A program made the translations under genes and the position numbers. Positions 1-15,128 of a DNA stretch of 64,000 nt are shown piece after piece. How positions within the stretch are numbered: the stretch's first letter is position 1; every line of letters begins with the position of its first letter. Source of the DNA: Octopus vulgaris (taxonomy: Eukaryota); assembly GCA_951406725.2 (NCBI GenBank), contig OX597840.1, positions 15,810,001 to 15,874,000 of the forward strand, read 5' to 3'. Under the pieces are notes generated by a model. The model ran no database searches. It was not told the origin of the DNA and worked only from the letters and a program-made list of their open reading frames with translations.

Positions 1-27
1 TATATAATGCTATATATTTATTGGTAT

Positions 28-372
28 TTGTAGTGGCTGTGTGGTAAGTAGTTTGCTTCCCAACCACCTTGGGCAACCAAAGCCTTGTAAGTGGATTTGG
101 TAGACGGCAATTGAAAGAAGCCCGTCGTATATATATGTATATATATATATGTATATATATATATATGTTTACTTGTGTATCTGTGTTTGTCCCCCCATCA
201 TCGCTTGACAACCGATGGTGGTGCGTTTACGTCCTCGTAACCTAGCGGTTCGGCAAAAGTGACCGGTAGAATAAGTACTAGGCTTACAAAGAATAAATCC
301 TGGGTTCGATTTGCTCGACTAAAGGCGATGCTCCAGCATGGCTGCAATCAAATGACTGAAACAAGTAAAAGA
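28..372 (+). mobile_element. SINE family A (CORE-like) with internal (TA)n
   Basis: CCTTGGGCAA...GTGGATTTGGTAGACGG...GAAAGAAGCCCGTCG, then a tail GATTTGCTCGACTAAAGGCGATGCTCCAGCATGGCTGCAATCAAATGACTGAAACAAG. The same sequence recurs near 53700-54060, 60262-60682 and 63490-63922. Confidence 0.75.
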
Positions 373-379
373 TATATAT

Positions 380-1485
380 ATAGTTGGAATTTTAAAAACA
401 ACAAAAGACGAAGACAGGTGTATTAGTATAACACTTGGGAATGTGAGAAAGTCTTTTACGTTTCGAATCTACGCTCTTCAACAGAAAGCAACACGAGAAA
501 ATAAACAGAGAGAATTAAAAAATGCTGTAGTGGCTAGATGGAGATGATCAGACAGGAGAGCTAGGAAGAAGGGGAGATAATAAAGTAGTGGTGATCCTAA
601 AACGAAGGTGTGCATGGGTATGTATGTGAGATTGTATAAGTGTGTGTGGATTGGGGCTGGTGACCTTGACGTGTGGGTGTATGCATATGTAGGTGTGTGG
701 ATGATGGTGTGGGTGCTGGGAAGTGGTCAATGCTAGTGTGTGGAGGGTGGTGTGGGATTGGGATGTGGATGGATGGGGTAACAATGAAGAGAGAAAGTGA
801 GTAGAAGTGAAGAAAGTAGGTGTCAGGGCAAGAGAGGAGAGGTGGATGGGAGTGAAGAGAGGAATTAAGTGTGAAAGGAGAGAGGAGGGGAGTTGAGCCC
901 ATGTGGCACAAAGGAGCGAAAAGAGAAGATTAATTCCTGTTCACGACGAAGGCAGGAGTCCGGATGGCCCCTGTGCAAAGACAATCTGAACACAGACAGG
1001 TGTTGTAATGAGTGACCAGTAGAGCAGAAATGGCGCGAGACTGGGATGTTGTTGTCGAGTCTGATGTCTCAGAGGTCTTCTGTGAAGTGGTCAGCCAAGC
1101 AGCATCCCATTTGACCAATGTACAGAGAAGGACAGAAAGAGCAGGAGATGCAGTAAGTGACATTGCTAGAAGTGCAGGTGAAGGAGTCAGTGATATGATA
1201 GGGACAATGATGGTTGCCTGTGCAGCTGGTGGTGTTGGAGAGGTAGGGGCAAGTGAGGCAGCTTCAGCGGGAGCAGGGGAACAAGCTAGGCTGGGAGGTG
1301 GGGATAGGGAAGAAACTGTGAACCAGGAGGTCACGTAGGTTGTGGGCTTGTTTGAAAGAGAGGAAGAGTAGGTTAGGGAAGATGTGCGCAGTGGAGGGGT
1401 CAGACTAGAGTCGCCGAAAGGCTCGGACAATGGTGCATTGGAGAGGCGGGTTGGTAGGTGAGGGGAAACAGGAGACAGGTAACAG
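380..1485 (-). mobile_element. Decayed 3' fragment of a Penelope-like element (Neptune-like), GIY-YIG domain plus 3' region
   Basis: Manual minus-strand translation of ~865-1460 gives ...IFPNLLFLSFKQAHNLRDLLVHS...PCSR*SCLTCPY...FTCTSSNVTYCISCSFCPSLYIGQ...PVSRHFCSTGHS...RREQELIFSFRSFVPHGLN. This is a PLE Cys linker plus GIY-YIG, with stops. It is not the frame shown in the ORF track. Confidence 0.85.
453..488 (-). ncRNA. Minimal type I hammerhead-like motif (core variant CUGUUGA)
   Basis: Minus strand CUUU-CUGUUGA-A-GAGCGUAGAUUC-GAAA-CG-UA-AAAG: 4-bp stem I, palindromic helix III (ACGU), GUA triplet. Lies downstream of the PLE ORF on the same strand. Core A6 is replaced by U. Confidence 0.5.
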
Positions 1486-2220
1486 TGTGTGTGCATATGT
1501 ATTTGTATAAGCCTCTATGTATTAAGTTTTGTTTACAAAACCAAACACACACAAAAGGTGTATCGAATAAACTCTGCTAGAATATTTATTTGAAATATTC
1601 ATAAAAATAAACCAAACTATTTTGCGAGTTTTCTTTGCCATTTATCTTTCTGGAAGTCAATCGTTGGATAACGAACCAGTTGAATGTTGGATGGAATCGG
1701 TCATCACCACCCACCCTCAAGATGTATGGCCTTGTCTATAGAAGAATCTTGTTTTGTGCCTATTTTGCAAACGGCGGGATTCTAGTCTAAACACCCTATG
1801 TAACCACATGTAGCTTTTTTAATTTTGGGAATTTTCAGAAAATTTTTGTGAAGTTTTGTTCTACACATAAAAATTCATATGATTATGGGGGGGGAAAAAT
1901 GTAAAAAATTTTTTAAGCTTTCTCCCCCTACCCCCATTTCTACTCTTTTTTTTTTTTTTACTTTTTTAAAAAATCAGAGTTTATAATATGGATAGTCTGA
2001 ATTTTTCGCTTGAATTCCTGCAGTGGACCACCTTTGGGTGCATCATGGAGTGAAGGAATATTGAGAAACCTCTTCATGTCAGAGTGGCAAAGAAAAAAAA
2101 TTAAAAGAAAAAGGCATCAGATGGTCGTGAGATGTGCTAACAACAGCTAAATTGCCTTTAAATCACACGCAAATTTAAAAAAAAAATTTTTTTTTCATAA
2201 TCATATGAAAAATTTGGGAC

Positions 2221-2664
2221 TAATGAAGAATCGCGCCTCACCTTGAAAAATGGATTTTTCTGCAAAAGTTTATTTGGATTCCCAGGTTTTACATGTCGGA
2301 GATTACAAATATGCAAAACGAAAAAAAAAATTTTTTAACTCCCCCAACAAGTTTAAATGTATTGTTGTATATCAAAGTGTGGAAATTTCATTGAAAGAGG
2401 TATGTAACACAAGAATATGGGGATTTTTACAATACCGAAACAATTTCTACAGTTTAGCCTAAATGAACATAGAAAGTGCACTTAAAATACCTGCTTTAAT
2501 GACATTTCCACACTTCAATATACAACAATATATTTTAAGATGTTGGGTGGGGGTTAGAAAATTTTGTTTTGCATATTCGTAATCTCCGACATGTAAAACC
2601 TGAGAATCCAAATAAACTTTTTCAGAAAAATGCATTTTTCAAGGTGAGGTGAGATTCTGCATTA
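2221..2664. mobile_element. Fold-back/MITE with ~190-bp imperfect terminal inverted repeats
   Basis: TAATGAAGAATCGCGCCTCACCTTGAAAAATG...TTTTACATGTCGGAGATTAC (from 2221) is the reverse complement of GTAATCTCCGACATGTAAAA...CAAGGTGAGGTGAGATTCTGCATTA (to 2664). Short non-coding spacer. Confidence 0.8.
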
Positions 2665-3335
2665 ACACTCAAAGAATAAAAAAGTTATGAGGGATTATAT
2701 GGGATGCTTAAATCAGAATTCTATCTTGCAAACAATTATTTCCTTAAATTTCTTGGGGTTGTAGCTCTTTTCCCTTTATTATTTTAATATTTTCTGTTGG
2801 TAGCAAGTTGTCTTTTAAACCCTTACGCCATTTCTGTATTTTTAAGACATTAGTGAATTGTGTTGGAGGTACTTGTTTAAATAGTATCAAACTGCTATCA
2901 TCCCTATCATTGTGTCTTTTCAGGGATTACATAGAAATACATTATCCAATGCGCTTTTTAATTTTAAGATGGTATTTTAAGCAAATCGAAGACGACTTCT
3001 GCAGAAAGAGCATTCTGTGAAGTAGGGTTATAATGCTCACTAAATTTTTAACCAGTTACAATTATAACCCCATTCCTCCTCATAGCAGTGTATTTAAGTT
3101 TGATTAAATAAAAATGTTCCATGTTTCCCTCCCTTTCTTTTTCAACTCGCCAAATCCTCTACAGGATTAAGGTCGATTAATTCCCTAAGGGTACCCCTAC
3201 TAAACTAAGCATTCCATTGTCTAACTGACAATATAAATGTAAAATGGCGTACTTACACATGTATACTCACCACGACATTGTCTCCTCATAATTTTCAGGA
3301 ATCTGTAATGAAATTTTATACGGCGTAGATTCTGA

Positions 3336-3497
3336 ATATATGTATATAAAATGTGTGTATGTATATATATGTGTGTATATATATGTGTATATATATGTGT
3401 ATGTATATATGTATGTATATTTATGTATATATGTATGTATGTATATATGTATCTATATATGTATGTATGTATATATGTATGTATGTATATATGTATG

Positions 3498-3546
<49 letters not shown>
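3336..3546. repeat. (TA)n/(TATG)n microsatellite
   Basis: Directly visible; abuts the 5' end of LINE A. Confidence 0.95.
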
Positions 3547-4140
3547 TTTTCAAGAACCACCGCCCAGATAGAGCGAAAGAAACGAGAATTTATCCGTTCA
3601 TACGCTCTAATCAGGCAACATGTAGACACCCTGGACATCATCCTAGGAGGTGACGGCACCAGGGAAGGTCAAAAGGATGAAGAAAACATCCAGAACCAAA
3701 CGAAAAACAAAATGGAGAAACCTAGAACACAGGGAAACAATGACACATGTCCAGCTCCCAACACCACAACTGAAGACCAAAGAGGTGCGATGGCCGCAAG
3801 AAAAGAAAAGCACCTTAAAATTGATGGGAAACAGGAGGTAAAAGGCGACAAAATCAAAGCTAAAAGAAACCCTGTCCAGAGAAAACAAAAGGACCCCAGC
3901 AAGAACTATAAGGGCAAAGAAAGAAACAACTGCAAATTCTACCTGAAGGGGGACTGCTGGTACGGGGTCGAAGGTGCGAACTGTCGCTTTGCACATCAGA
4001 GGCCCTACCAAAACTGCACGGACGCGAGACAGGGGTCCCTCCCTCGGGGAGAACAAAAAGAAAAAGTTAAAAGACGATATGACGATATGCAGATGTGGTG
4101 CGCGGTAACCCAACAAATGGCCAGCTTCACCCAGATGTGA
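3547..4140 (+). pseudogene. LINE A ORF1 remnant with CCCH zinc finger
   Basis: [22 protein letters not shown] (C-x7-C-x8-C-x3-H) after a Lys-rich linker. The N-terminus given in the ORF track is microsatellite read-through. Confidence 0.7.
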
Positions 4141-4262
4141 GAAGGGCAGCAGCTGAACAGCAATCTTTTTGTGCATGGCACAAAAAATTGTTCAGCAGCT
4201 GACCTGGCTACAAGCAAAAAGCTGGAACTACCACCACATAAGACCACCATCAACAGATGCAG

Positions 4263-7249
4263 GATGGCCACCACAGACACCAACACACACACCACAAAAA
4301 TATTTCTACTGAATGTAGGAGGGCTGCTGCGCGGAAACTGTAAAAAGAAAATCTCATTCCTGAGAGACCTTGTGACATGCAATCAAGCTATATGCACGGC
4401 ACTCACAGAAACGCATCTTGAACCTGATATAGGTGATGCAGAAATACACATGCCGCAATATGCAGTTATACGCACAGATAGAAAAGGGAGGAGCCATGGT
4501 GGAGTTGCAATGTACATCCGAGATGACCTCACGCCCCAGGTCCTGCTGTCATATTCAAACTCAGTATGTGAAACTCAAATTGTACACATAAGACAACTGA
4601 ATATCGTCATATGCACTACATATCGCCCACCAGATGCCCCAAAACACTCTGGCATGTTTGAAGATTGCCTAACAAAAATAGGAGAAGTCCTCACCAACCT
4701 TGAACAACACAACAGTGTATTCTTCATGGGTGACTTTAACCTCCCCAATGTGGAATGGCCAGGGGAGCAGATGCTCCCAGGGATGACACACCATCAGCAG
4801 GCACAGGTGGAGTCCCTGCTCCATCTCACAAATGCCTCTTTCATGGAGCAAATAGTTCTGCAACCAACAAGGGCAGATAATATACTGCATCTCTGCTTCA
4901 CAAACAATATGGATATTATCCATAATGTTAATGTGATGCCGACAATGATCTCGGTTCACAACATAATAGAGCTGTCTATGTATGGAACAAAAGCCCCCGT
5001 AGACACACAGCCTATACGAAGCATCCACCATCTCTCCAACTTAAACTTTCATAAAGCCAACTGGAAGTTGATTGAGAAAGAGATCCTCAAACAGGATTGG
5101 CCTGAATGTCTCTCCACACCGGACATAAACATGAAACACAAACACTTCATGTCCATAATACAAGCCATATGTGACAAATATGTCCCAGTGTGCAGGGCCA
5201 GCACACACAAGAACAAAAACAGGATCCCTAGAGAAAGGAGGATTCTTATGAGACGACGGACAAGGATTGCGAACCGCCTGAGCAAACACACCAAAAGTGG
5301 TGAGAAGTCTCAGCTCGAAAGAATGCTAATGGAAACTGAGAAAAGTCTACATCAGTCCCATGAAAAGGAGAGAGCAAATAAAGAAGCTTGGGTAATAGAA
5401 AATATAAAATCAAACCCTAAAGCTTTCTTTAAGTTTGCCAAAGAGACAGCCACAGTGCACCAGAGAATAGGACCCCTCTTCCAAAAAGATGGCTCTCTCA
5501 CAGGAAATCCCACGAGGATAAGTGAAATACTGAACAAACAGTTCCAAAGTGTGTTCACTACACCTCTAGGACACAGGCAAGTAAACAACCCAGAAGAATT
5601 CTTTGCCACTTTACCTACGGCCAAAGAGGCAAAAATTGAGTACGTCAACATCGAAGATGATGATATCACACTAGCCATTGATGAGATTGACACAAACTCA
5701 GCTGCTGGACCTGATGGATTCCCAGCGATCCTTCTCAAATCGTGCAAACGAGCCCTTGCAAAACCGCTACAGCTTCTTTTTCAGAGCTTTCTTGCAAGTG
5801 GTAAGCTCCCAGTCATATTGAAAGAGGGGGTAATATGCCCTATCCATAAGGGAGGTAGCAGAGCAGATGCTAAAAATTATAGGCCAATCTCTCTGACCTC
5901 ACACATCAGCAAAGTCATGGAACGAATAGTCTGTAAGAAACTAATCATGTTCCTTGAAGAAAATGACTTGCTGTCTGACACCCAGCATGGATTTCGACCA
6001 GGTAGAAGCTGCCTAACACAGCTCCTGCAACACTATGACTGGGTGTTGAAACAGCTACTAAATGGCTCAAATGTGGATGTAATATATCTCGACTTTGCAA
6101 AAGTCGACCATGGTATGATCTGTCACAAACTGCGTGGTCTCGGCATAGGCGGAAAACTTGGAGAGTGGCTGCACAATTTCCTAAAAGACAGAAAACAAGC
6201 AGTTGTGAGCAGTGGAGCCACCTCCAAGGAAACGCAAATAACAAGCGGTATCCCACAGGGCACTGTCTTGGGGCCACTGATGTTCATAGTGGCCCTTTCA
6301 GACATGCCTTCAGTTGCTACGATGACCACCCTTGCTAGCTATGCAGATGGCACAAAAGTCTCCCACGCAATACAAAACCCTGAAAATATTGCGCATCTGC
6401 AACATGAGCTGGACACAATATACAGGTGGGCTGAGGACAACAACATGCAGTTTAATGCAGGTAAGTTCCAGGCCCTGCGCTACTGGCACACAAAGGTAAA
6501 TGACGTGAAGACTGGATACACTGGCCCAGGAAGAATTGCAATCCCTGAGTCAAAATCAGTGCGTGACCTGGGCATTGACATGAGCAATGATGCATCTTTC
6601 CAAGTGCATATTGCTAATCTGGTGATAAAATGCAGACGGCTAGCTGGATGGATTCTCCGAACTTTCAGAACAAGAGACAAGGAGACACTGATGGTCCTAT
6701 GGAAAACATTCGTCCTCAGCCGCTTGCTCCCAACTGTAGTCACCACACAATATAAAACTAACAGCAGAACTCGAAGCAACTCAGAGAAGCTACACAAAGA
6801 AAATCGTCTCAATGCAAAATATCAGCTACTGGGAAAGAGTGAAGGTATTAAACCCCTTCTCCCTAGAGTGGAGGCGGGAGAGATATGCGGTGATATACAT
6901 CTGGAAAATCCTGGAGGGTCTTGTCCCAAACTTTGGCATTCAAAGTTACCCCAACCGCAAAACGGGGCGCCACTGCATGGTGCCAAGGATTCCAACATCA
7001 CCATCAAAATACAGGTCCAGATACTGCAACAGCTTGGGTTTCAGAGGACCACAGCTCTTTAACATCCTCCCTAAATGCCTGAGAGACTTACATGGTGTGG
7101 ATGTGGGTTTCTTTAAAACTAAACTGGATCTCTTCTTGTTGGGAGTCCCAGATGAACCTACCTCACGACAGGAGACTCGGATGCGGGCAGCAGCATCGAA
7201 CTCCCTTGTTGATCAAGTGCCACGTATCAGAGGTGGATTCACAAATTAG
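4263..7249 (+). pseudogene. LINE A ORF2 (APE endonuclease + reverse transcriptase), inactivated
   Basis: Endonuclease motifs LTETHL, GGVAMY, YRPP, MGDFN; RT motifs [27 protein letters not shown]. Catalytic motif reads YADG rather than YADD, YLDFAK lacks AFDK, and there is a frameshift near 6720. The C-terminus ([11 protein letters not shown]) continues in 6812..7249. Confidence 0.92.
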
Positions 7250-7315
7250 TGTAGCTCATTCAGCGGTGGTGCCCCAGCATGGCCGCGGCCTTCGGGCTAT
7301 GACATTTTTAAGGAT

Positions 7316-7364
7316 TTATGTATGTATATATATATGTATGTATATATATATGTATATATGTATG

Positions 7365-7395
<31 letters not shown>

Positions 7396-7682
7396 ATATG
7401 TATGTATATATATATATATGTATGTATGTATATATGTATATATACATGTATATGTATGTATATATACATGTATATGTATGTATATATACATGTATATGTA
7501 TGTATATATACATGTATATGTATGTATATATACATGTATATGTATGTATATATATATATATATGTATGTATATATATATATATATGTATGTATTTATATA
7601 TGTATCTATATATGTATGTATATATGTATATATATATATGTATGTATATATGTATATATATATATGTATATGTATATATATA
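7316..7682. repeat. (TA)n/(TATG)n microsatellite
   Basis: Directly visible. Confidence 0.95.
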
Positions 7683-8557
7683 TCTCTTATTATAAAAGGC
7701 AGATTTTATCTGCCTCCCTTTGTAAGTTATAGAAATCTACAATATAGGATTTCTTCAATTACAATTTACCTAGCATTTTTAAGAGTAGAATGCATCGGGT
7801 CATGCCAGGTCCAGTTTTTAAAATTTAAACTCCAATTAAGCAAAATTTACAGAAAACTCACATTCTGGTGTGTATGTCAAATGCTTTTCTTAGTCTGGTT
7901 TACAGCACATGCAAACGCACACACACAGTGTGCAACGAATAAAATGAAAGTAAATAGCGACAGAGTGATTTGAGGAAGACTAAACTGAAAGTATTTAAAC
8001 CACTACTCAAAAAATAAAGAAACACAGCAAACAGAAACAAATAAATACATAACGATATACTCCTCACACAATTTCTTCAATTAGAGTGTACCCATGATTT
8101 TTCAGAGTACTTCAGTGGGTGATGCCATAAAAAATTTCTTTCAATTTTACCACCAATTAAGACAAAATTCGAGAAAACTCAATATTTTAACATATCACTC
8201 CGAAAGCATTGATGTACATGTGTGTGTGTGTCATTCCTCACACACACGAATACACATGCATATACAACTACATACAACTACATACACATACAACTACATA
8301 CAAACACGTATGTGTTTGTTATTAGTAAAAAAGGCGCCAAAACACAACTCGCTTATCATTCCAACACATTTGCAAAGACACACGGACGGACAGAAAAGGT
8401 AAATTGGTTTTTATTTTACTCTGTATATATTTTATTATATAATATTATATATAGATATATGTATATATAATTGCAGTATGAAACCGTGTTTATGTATAAA
8501 CAGACGACACTTATATATAGTTATTATAATAAGAGATTAATAAACGTATGCATCCGT
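7683..8557 (+). mobile_element. Helitron-like 5' module X, copy 1
   Basis: Starts TCTCTTATTATAAAAGGCAG after an A. Near-identical copy at 12046-12632 with a different internal segment. It has no CTAG end of its own. Confidence 0.55.
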
Positions 8558-8561
8558 TTAA

Positions 8562-8888
8562 CCCTTTCGTTACCAAGCCGCCCGAATTTACCTATTCATA
8601 TTTAAATGAGAATATCAGAGCAAATCTCTTTAGTACATTCGTGAAAACACGTATTATACTTCGTAAACACTTCAACTACAGTTTTGTACAAAAATCGAAG
8701 TGTAATTTTAATTCCGTGAATTATGGGAGATTTTTTTCCGAAATTTGTTCCTATTGTGTTTTCAAAATTTGTAATTCTGACAAAAAATGGATACGAATTT
8801 CATTATATCAAGCAGCGAGTCAGAATTCGAAGGATTTTCTACTGAAGACCTTCATAAATCTAACTCTATGACTGAAAAAAAAAAAGCA
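8562..8888 (+). mobile_element. Truncated piggyBac left end
   Basis: TTAA|CCCTTTCGTTAC, matching 12637 onward. Lacks ~32 bp between the internal ACCAARCCGCCCGAA direct repeats and is cut at 8888. Confidence 0.85.
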
Positions 8889-9282
8889 TCTTTATATAAG
8901 AGTGAAGTTGTGTGTCTGTCTCCTACGATTTAGATTCCTAACTACTCCCATATTTTGCGGTGCAGTTTAACCAAAAGCGGGTATCTTATAGTCACGATTC
9001 ATATCGAGCCCTTCTGGGTATTAGCGTGCGTCTACGATGAGACTACGATTTAAAAAAAATTTACCATCATATTTTTCCATTTTAATGCATTTTTTTCGCT
9101 TTTATATAAGGGAAGTAACTCTCTAAAAATATCTACGATGTGTCAACGATTTAAAAAAAAATTTACCGTAACTTTTTTTCAATTTTTAATGCATTTTTTT
9201 GCTATTTTTTGGCTATAACTCTCTAAAAATGCTTATATAGTTATTTCCCTTACAAACCGAGCAACGCCGGGCGATACTGCTA

Positions 9283-9283
<1 letters not shown>
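8889..9283 (+). mobile_element. Non-autonomous Helitron module Y, copy 1
   Basis: A|TC 5' end (TCTTTATATAAGAGTGAAG). 3' imperfect hairpin CCGAGCAACGCCGG, then CTAG|T. Confidence 0.85.
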
Positions 9284-12045
<2,762 letters not shown>

Positions 12046-12632
12046 TCTCTTATTATAAAAGGCAGATTTTATCTGCCTCCCTTTGTAAGTTATAGAAATC
12101 TACAATATAGGATTTCTTCAATTACAATTTACCTAGCATTTTTAAGAGTAGAATGCATCGGGTCGTGCCAGGTCCAGTTTTTAAAATTTGAACTCCAATT
12201 AAGCAAAATTTACAGAAAACTCACATTCTGGTGTGTATGTCAAATGCTTTTCTTAGTGAAGTTTACAGCACACGCACACGCACACACACATTGTGCAACG
12301 AAGAAAGTGAAAGTAATTCACTGTGTGTGTGTTGACAGGTAGACAATAGAATGCGATACAACTACATACAAACACGTGTGTGTTTGTTATTAGTAAAAAA
12401 GGCGCCAAAACACAACTCACTTATCATTCCAACACATTTGCAAAGACACACACGGACGGTCGAATTGCTATAACAATACAGAAAAGGTAAATTGGTTTTT
12501 ATTTTACTCTGTATATATTTTAATATATAATATTATATATAAATATATGTATATATAATTGCAGTATGAAACAGTGTTTATGTATAAACAGACGACACTT
12601 ATATATAGTCATTAATAAATGTATGCATCCGT
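12046..12632 (+). mobile_element. Helitron-like 5' module X, copy 2
   Basis: TCTCTTATTATAAAAGGCAG... near-identical to 7683 onward. Confidence 0.55.
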
Positions 12633-12636
12633 TTAA

Positions 12637-13690
12637 CCCTTTCGTTACCAAACCGCCCGAAAAAAATTTTGGTTAATGTGACCAAGCCGCCCGAATTTAC
12701 CTATTCATATTTAAATGAGAATATCAGAGTAAATCTCTTTAGTACATTCGTGAAAACACGTATTATACTTTGTAAACAGTTCAATTACAGTTTTGTACAA
12801 AAATCGAAGTGTAATTTTAATTCCGTGAATTATGGGAGATTTTTTTCTGAAATTTGTTCCTATTGTGTTTTCAAAATTTGTAATTCTGACAAAAAATGGA
12901 TACGAATTTCATTATATCAAGCAGCGAGTCAGAATTCGAAGGATTTTCTACTGAAGACCTTCATAAATCTAACTCTATGACTGAAAAAAAAAAGCATGTG
13001 GTATTTGATAATGAATCTGATGTTTCATTTTCCGAAAGTGAAAACAGTGAATCCGAGATAAAGAAAATGAATTGACACCTGAATGGAGTGAAAATTTAAA
13101 AACTGTTTCTTTCGGTGATTTTTCTGAAGAAACTGGACCAAGCCACAGACTTTCCCAGGAGAGTAAAGCCTTAGGCTATTTCTATTTACTTTTTCGAATG
13201 AGCCCATTTGAAATCATTACGGCGAAAACGAACCGTTACGCTAAACGTAAACAAAGCGAAAGAAACGATAGTTTGTGGTTTCCCACAACCTTAAATGAAT
13301 TTAAGGCCTATTTTGTCATAAATATTATTATGGGTATCAGAAAGTTACCCAAAATAACAAATTCTATCGTGAAATTTTGTTGTATACCCAATTGAATATT
13401 AGCTAATGACCCATTTTCTATAGCGATGTTTGAACAAAATTTTAATAATTTTATATATTGTTGAATTTACCTGTATCTACATGCAATTAGAGTCACTTTG
13501 TGACAAAAATTATAGTATAGAATTGGTTGAGAACATTTCATTAAATTATCTTCCAAAATTCATGTCAATATATTGATAAATAAAAATGTTATAGTTGTTT
13601 AATGAAACCAGACTAAATTTATGATTACGTTAGAAATTAATTGAAACACATAAGGGGTGTAATTTGGTCAGAAATATAGTAACGAAAGGG
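12637..13690 (+). mobile_element. Internally deleted piggyBac transposon
   Basis: TTAA TSD at 12633-12636 and 13691-13694; TIRs CCCTTTCGTTAC / GTAACGAAAGGG. Confidence 0.92.
13072..13395 (+). pseudogene. piggyBac transposase N-terminal fragment (PGBD4-like)
   Basis: FSEETGP...LGYFYLLF...FEIITAKTNRYA...WFPTTLNEFKAYF..NIIMGI..LPKI. The catalytic DDD region is missing. Confidence 0.8.
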
Positions 13691-13802
13691 TTAAGAAAAA
13701 CCAAAAAATATTTTATTCTTTGTAAATGTTGTGTTCAAAATAACATTTTCTTTTAAGAATGTGTATATAACAAAGTATGTGTATATAACTACGTGGCTTA
13801 TA

Positions 13803-14199
13803 TCTTATATATAAAAGTGAAGTTGTGTGTCTGTCTCCTACGATTTAGATTCCTAACTACTCCCACATTTTGCGGTGCAGTTTAACCAAAATCGGGTATC
13901 TTATAGTCGTGATTCATATCGAACCCTTCTGGGTATTAGCGCGCGTCTACGATGAGTCTACGATTTAAGAAAAATTTACCATCATACTTTTTCCATTTTA
14001 ATGCATTTTTTCGCTATTATATAAGGGAAGTAACTCTCTAAAAATATCTACGATGTGTCAACGATTTTAAAAAAAATTTACCTTAATTTTTTTTCAATTT
14101 TTAATGCATTTTTTTGCTATTTTTTGGCTATAACTCTCTAAAAATGCTTATATAGTTATTTCCCTTACAAACCCGAGCAACGCCAGGCGATACTGCTAG
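13803..14199 (+). mobile_element. Non-autonomous Helitron module Y, copy 2
   Basis: A|TCTTATATATAAAAGTGAAG ... CCCGAGCAACGCCAGGCGATACTGCTAG|T; matches 8889-9283. Confidence 0.85.
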
Positions 14200-14221
14200 T
14201 ATATATATATGTATATATATG

Positions 14222-14254
<33 letters not shown>

Positions 14255-14289
14255 GTATGTATATATATGTATGTATATGTATGTATATA

Positions 14290-14672
14290 TCTCTCTCTAT
14301 ATAAACGGCAGTTTGTCTGTGCGTGTTTCTGTGTGTCTGTTTTCTTGTACCCTCACCCTGACCACGGCTTTCAACCGATTCTGATGAAAATTGACACACA
14401 CATAGCCCAATGTCATAATTCAAAACTAATGCAGCGAAAATTTTGAAAAGTTCCCCCAGTTCTGAAAAAATCGATAAATTCGACATCAGAAACACAATCA
14501 GAAACACAAACCGCAAACTGTCTAGGGGACGCAACTCCACCTTTTTTTACTCTAAAAAAAAATTTACCAGCATTCTTTTCCATCTTTTTGCTATTTTTTG
14601 GCTATAACTCTCTAAAAATGCTTTATAGTTATTTCCCTTACAAACCTGAGCAACGCCGGGCGATACTGCTAG
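14290..14672 (+). mobile_element. Non-autonomous Helitron module Z (different 5' half, same 3' end as Y)
   Basis: TCTCTCTCTATATAAACGGCAG...AACCGATTCTGATGAAA... GAGCAACGCCGGGCGATACTGCTAG|T. Confidence 0.82.
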
Positions 14673-14864
14673 TATGTATATATATATGTGTATGTATATG
14701 TATGTATATATATATATGTGTATGTATATGTATGTATATATATGTGTGTATATATATGTATATATATATGTATTTATGTGTATATATATATATGTGTATA
14801 TATATATATGTATATATATGTGTATATATATATATGTATATATATGTTTATATATATATATGTA

Positions 14865-14895
<31 letters not shown>

Positions 14896-15128
14896 GTAAA
14901 TTTATGTGTGTATATATATATATGTAAATATATGTGTGTATATATATATATGTATACATATGTGTGTATATATATATATATGTATACATATGTGTGTATA
15001 TATATATATGTATATATATGTGTGTATATATATATATGTATATATATGTGTGTATATATATATATGTATATATATGTGTGTATATATATATATGTATATA
15101 TATGTGTATATGTATATATATATATATA
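14673..15128. repeat. (TA)n/(TG)n microsatellite
   Basis: Directly visible. Confidence 0.95.

Larger units (their letters stand above)
3547..7310 (+). mobile_element. LINE A: APE-endonuclease/RT non-LTR retrotransposon, 5'-truncated and decayed
   Basis: Partial ORF1, ORF2 with EEP and RT domains, short structured 3' UTR; microsatellite on both sides. Confidence 0.93.

Noticed and set aside
930-1496. 188-aa Ser/Pro-rich ORF and the antisense 108-aa ORF as host genes
   Set aside because: Off-frame or antisense readings of a decayed Penelope GIY-YIG region.
4171-7062. 963-aa ORF as an active LINE ORF2
   Set aside because: YADG catalytic substitution, AFDK deletion, substituted APE residues and a frameshift near 6720.
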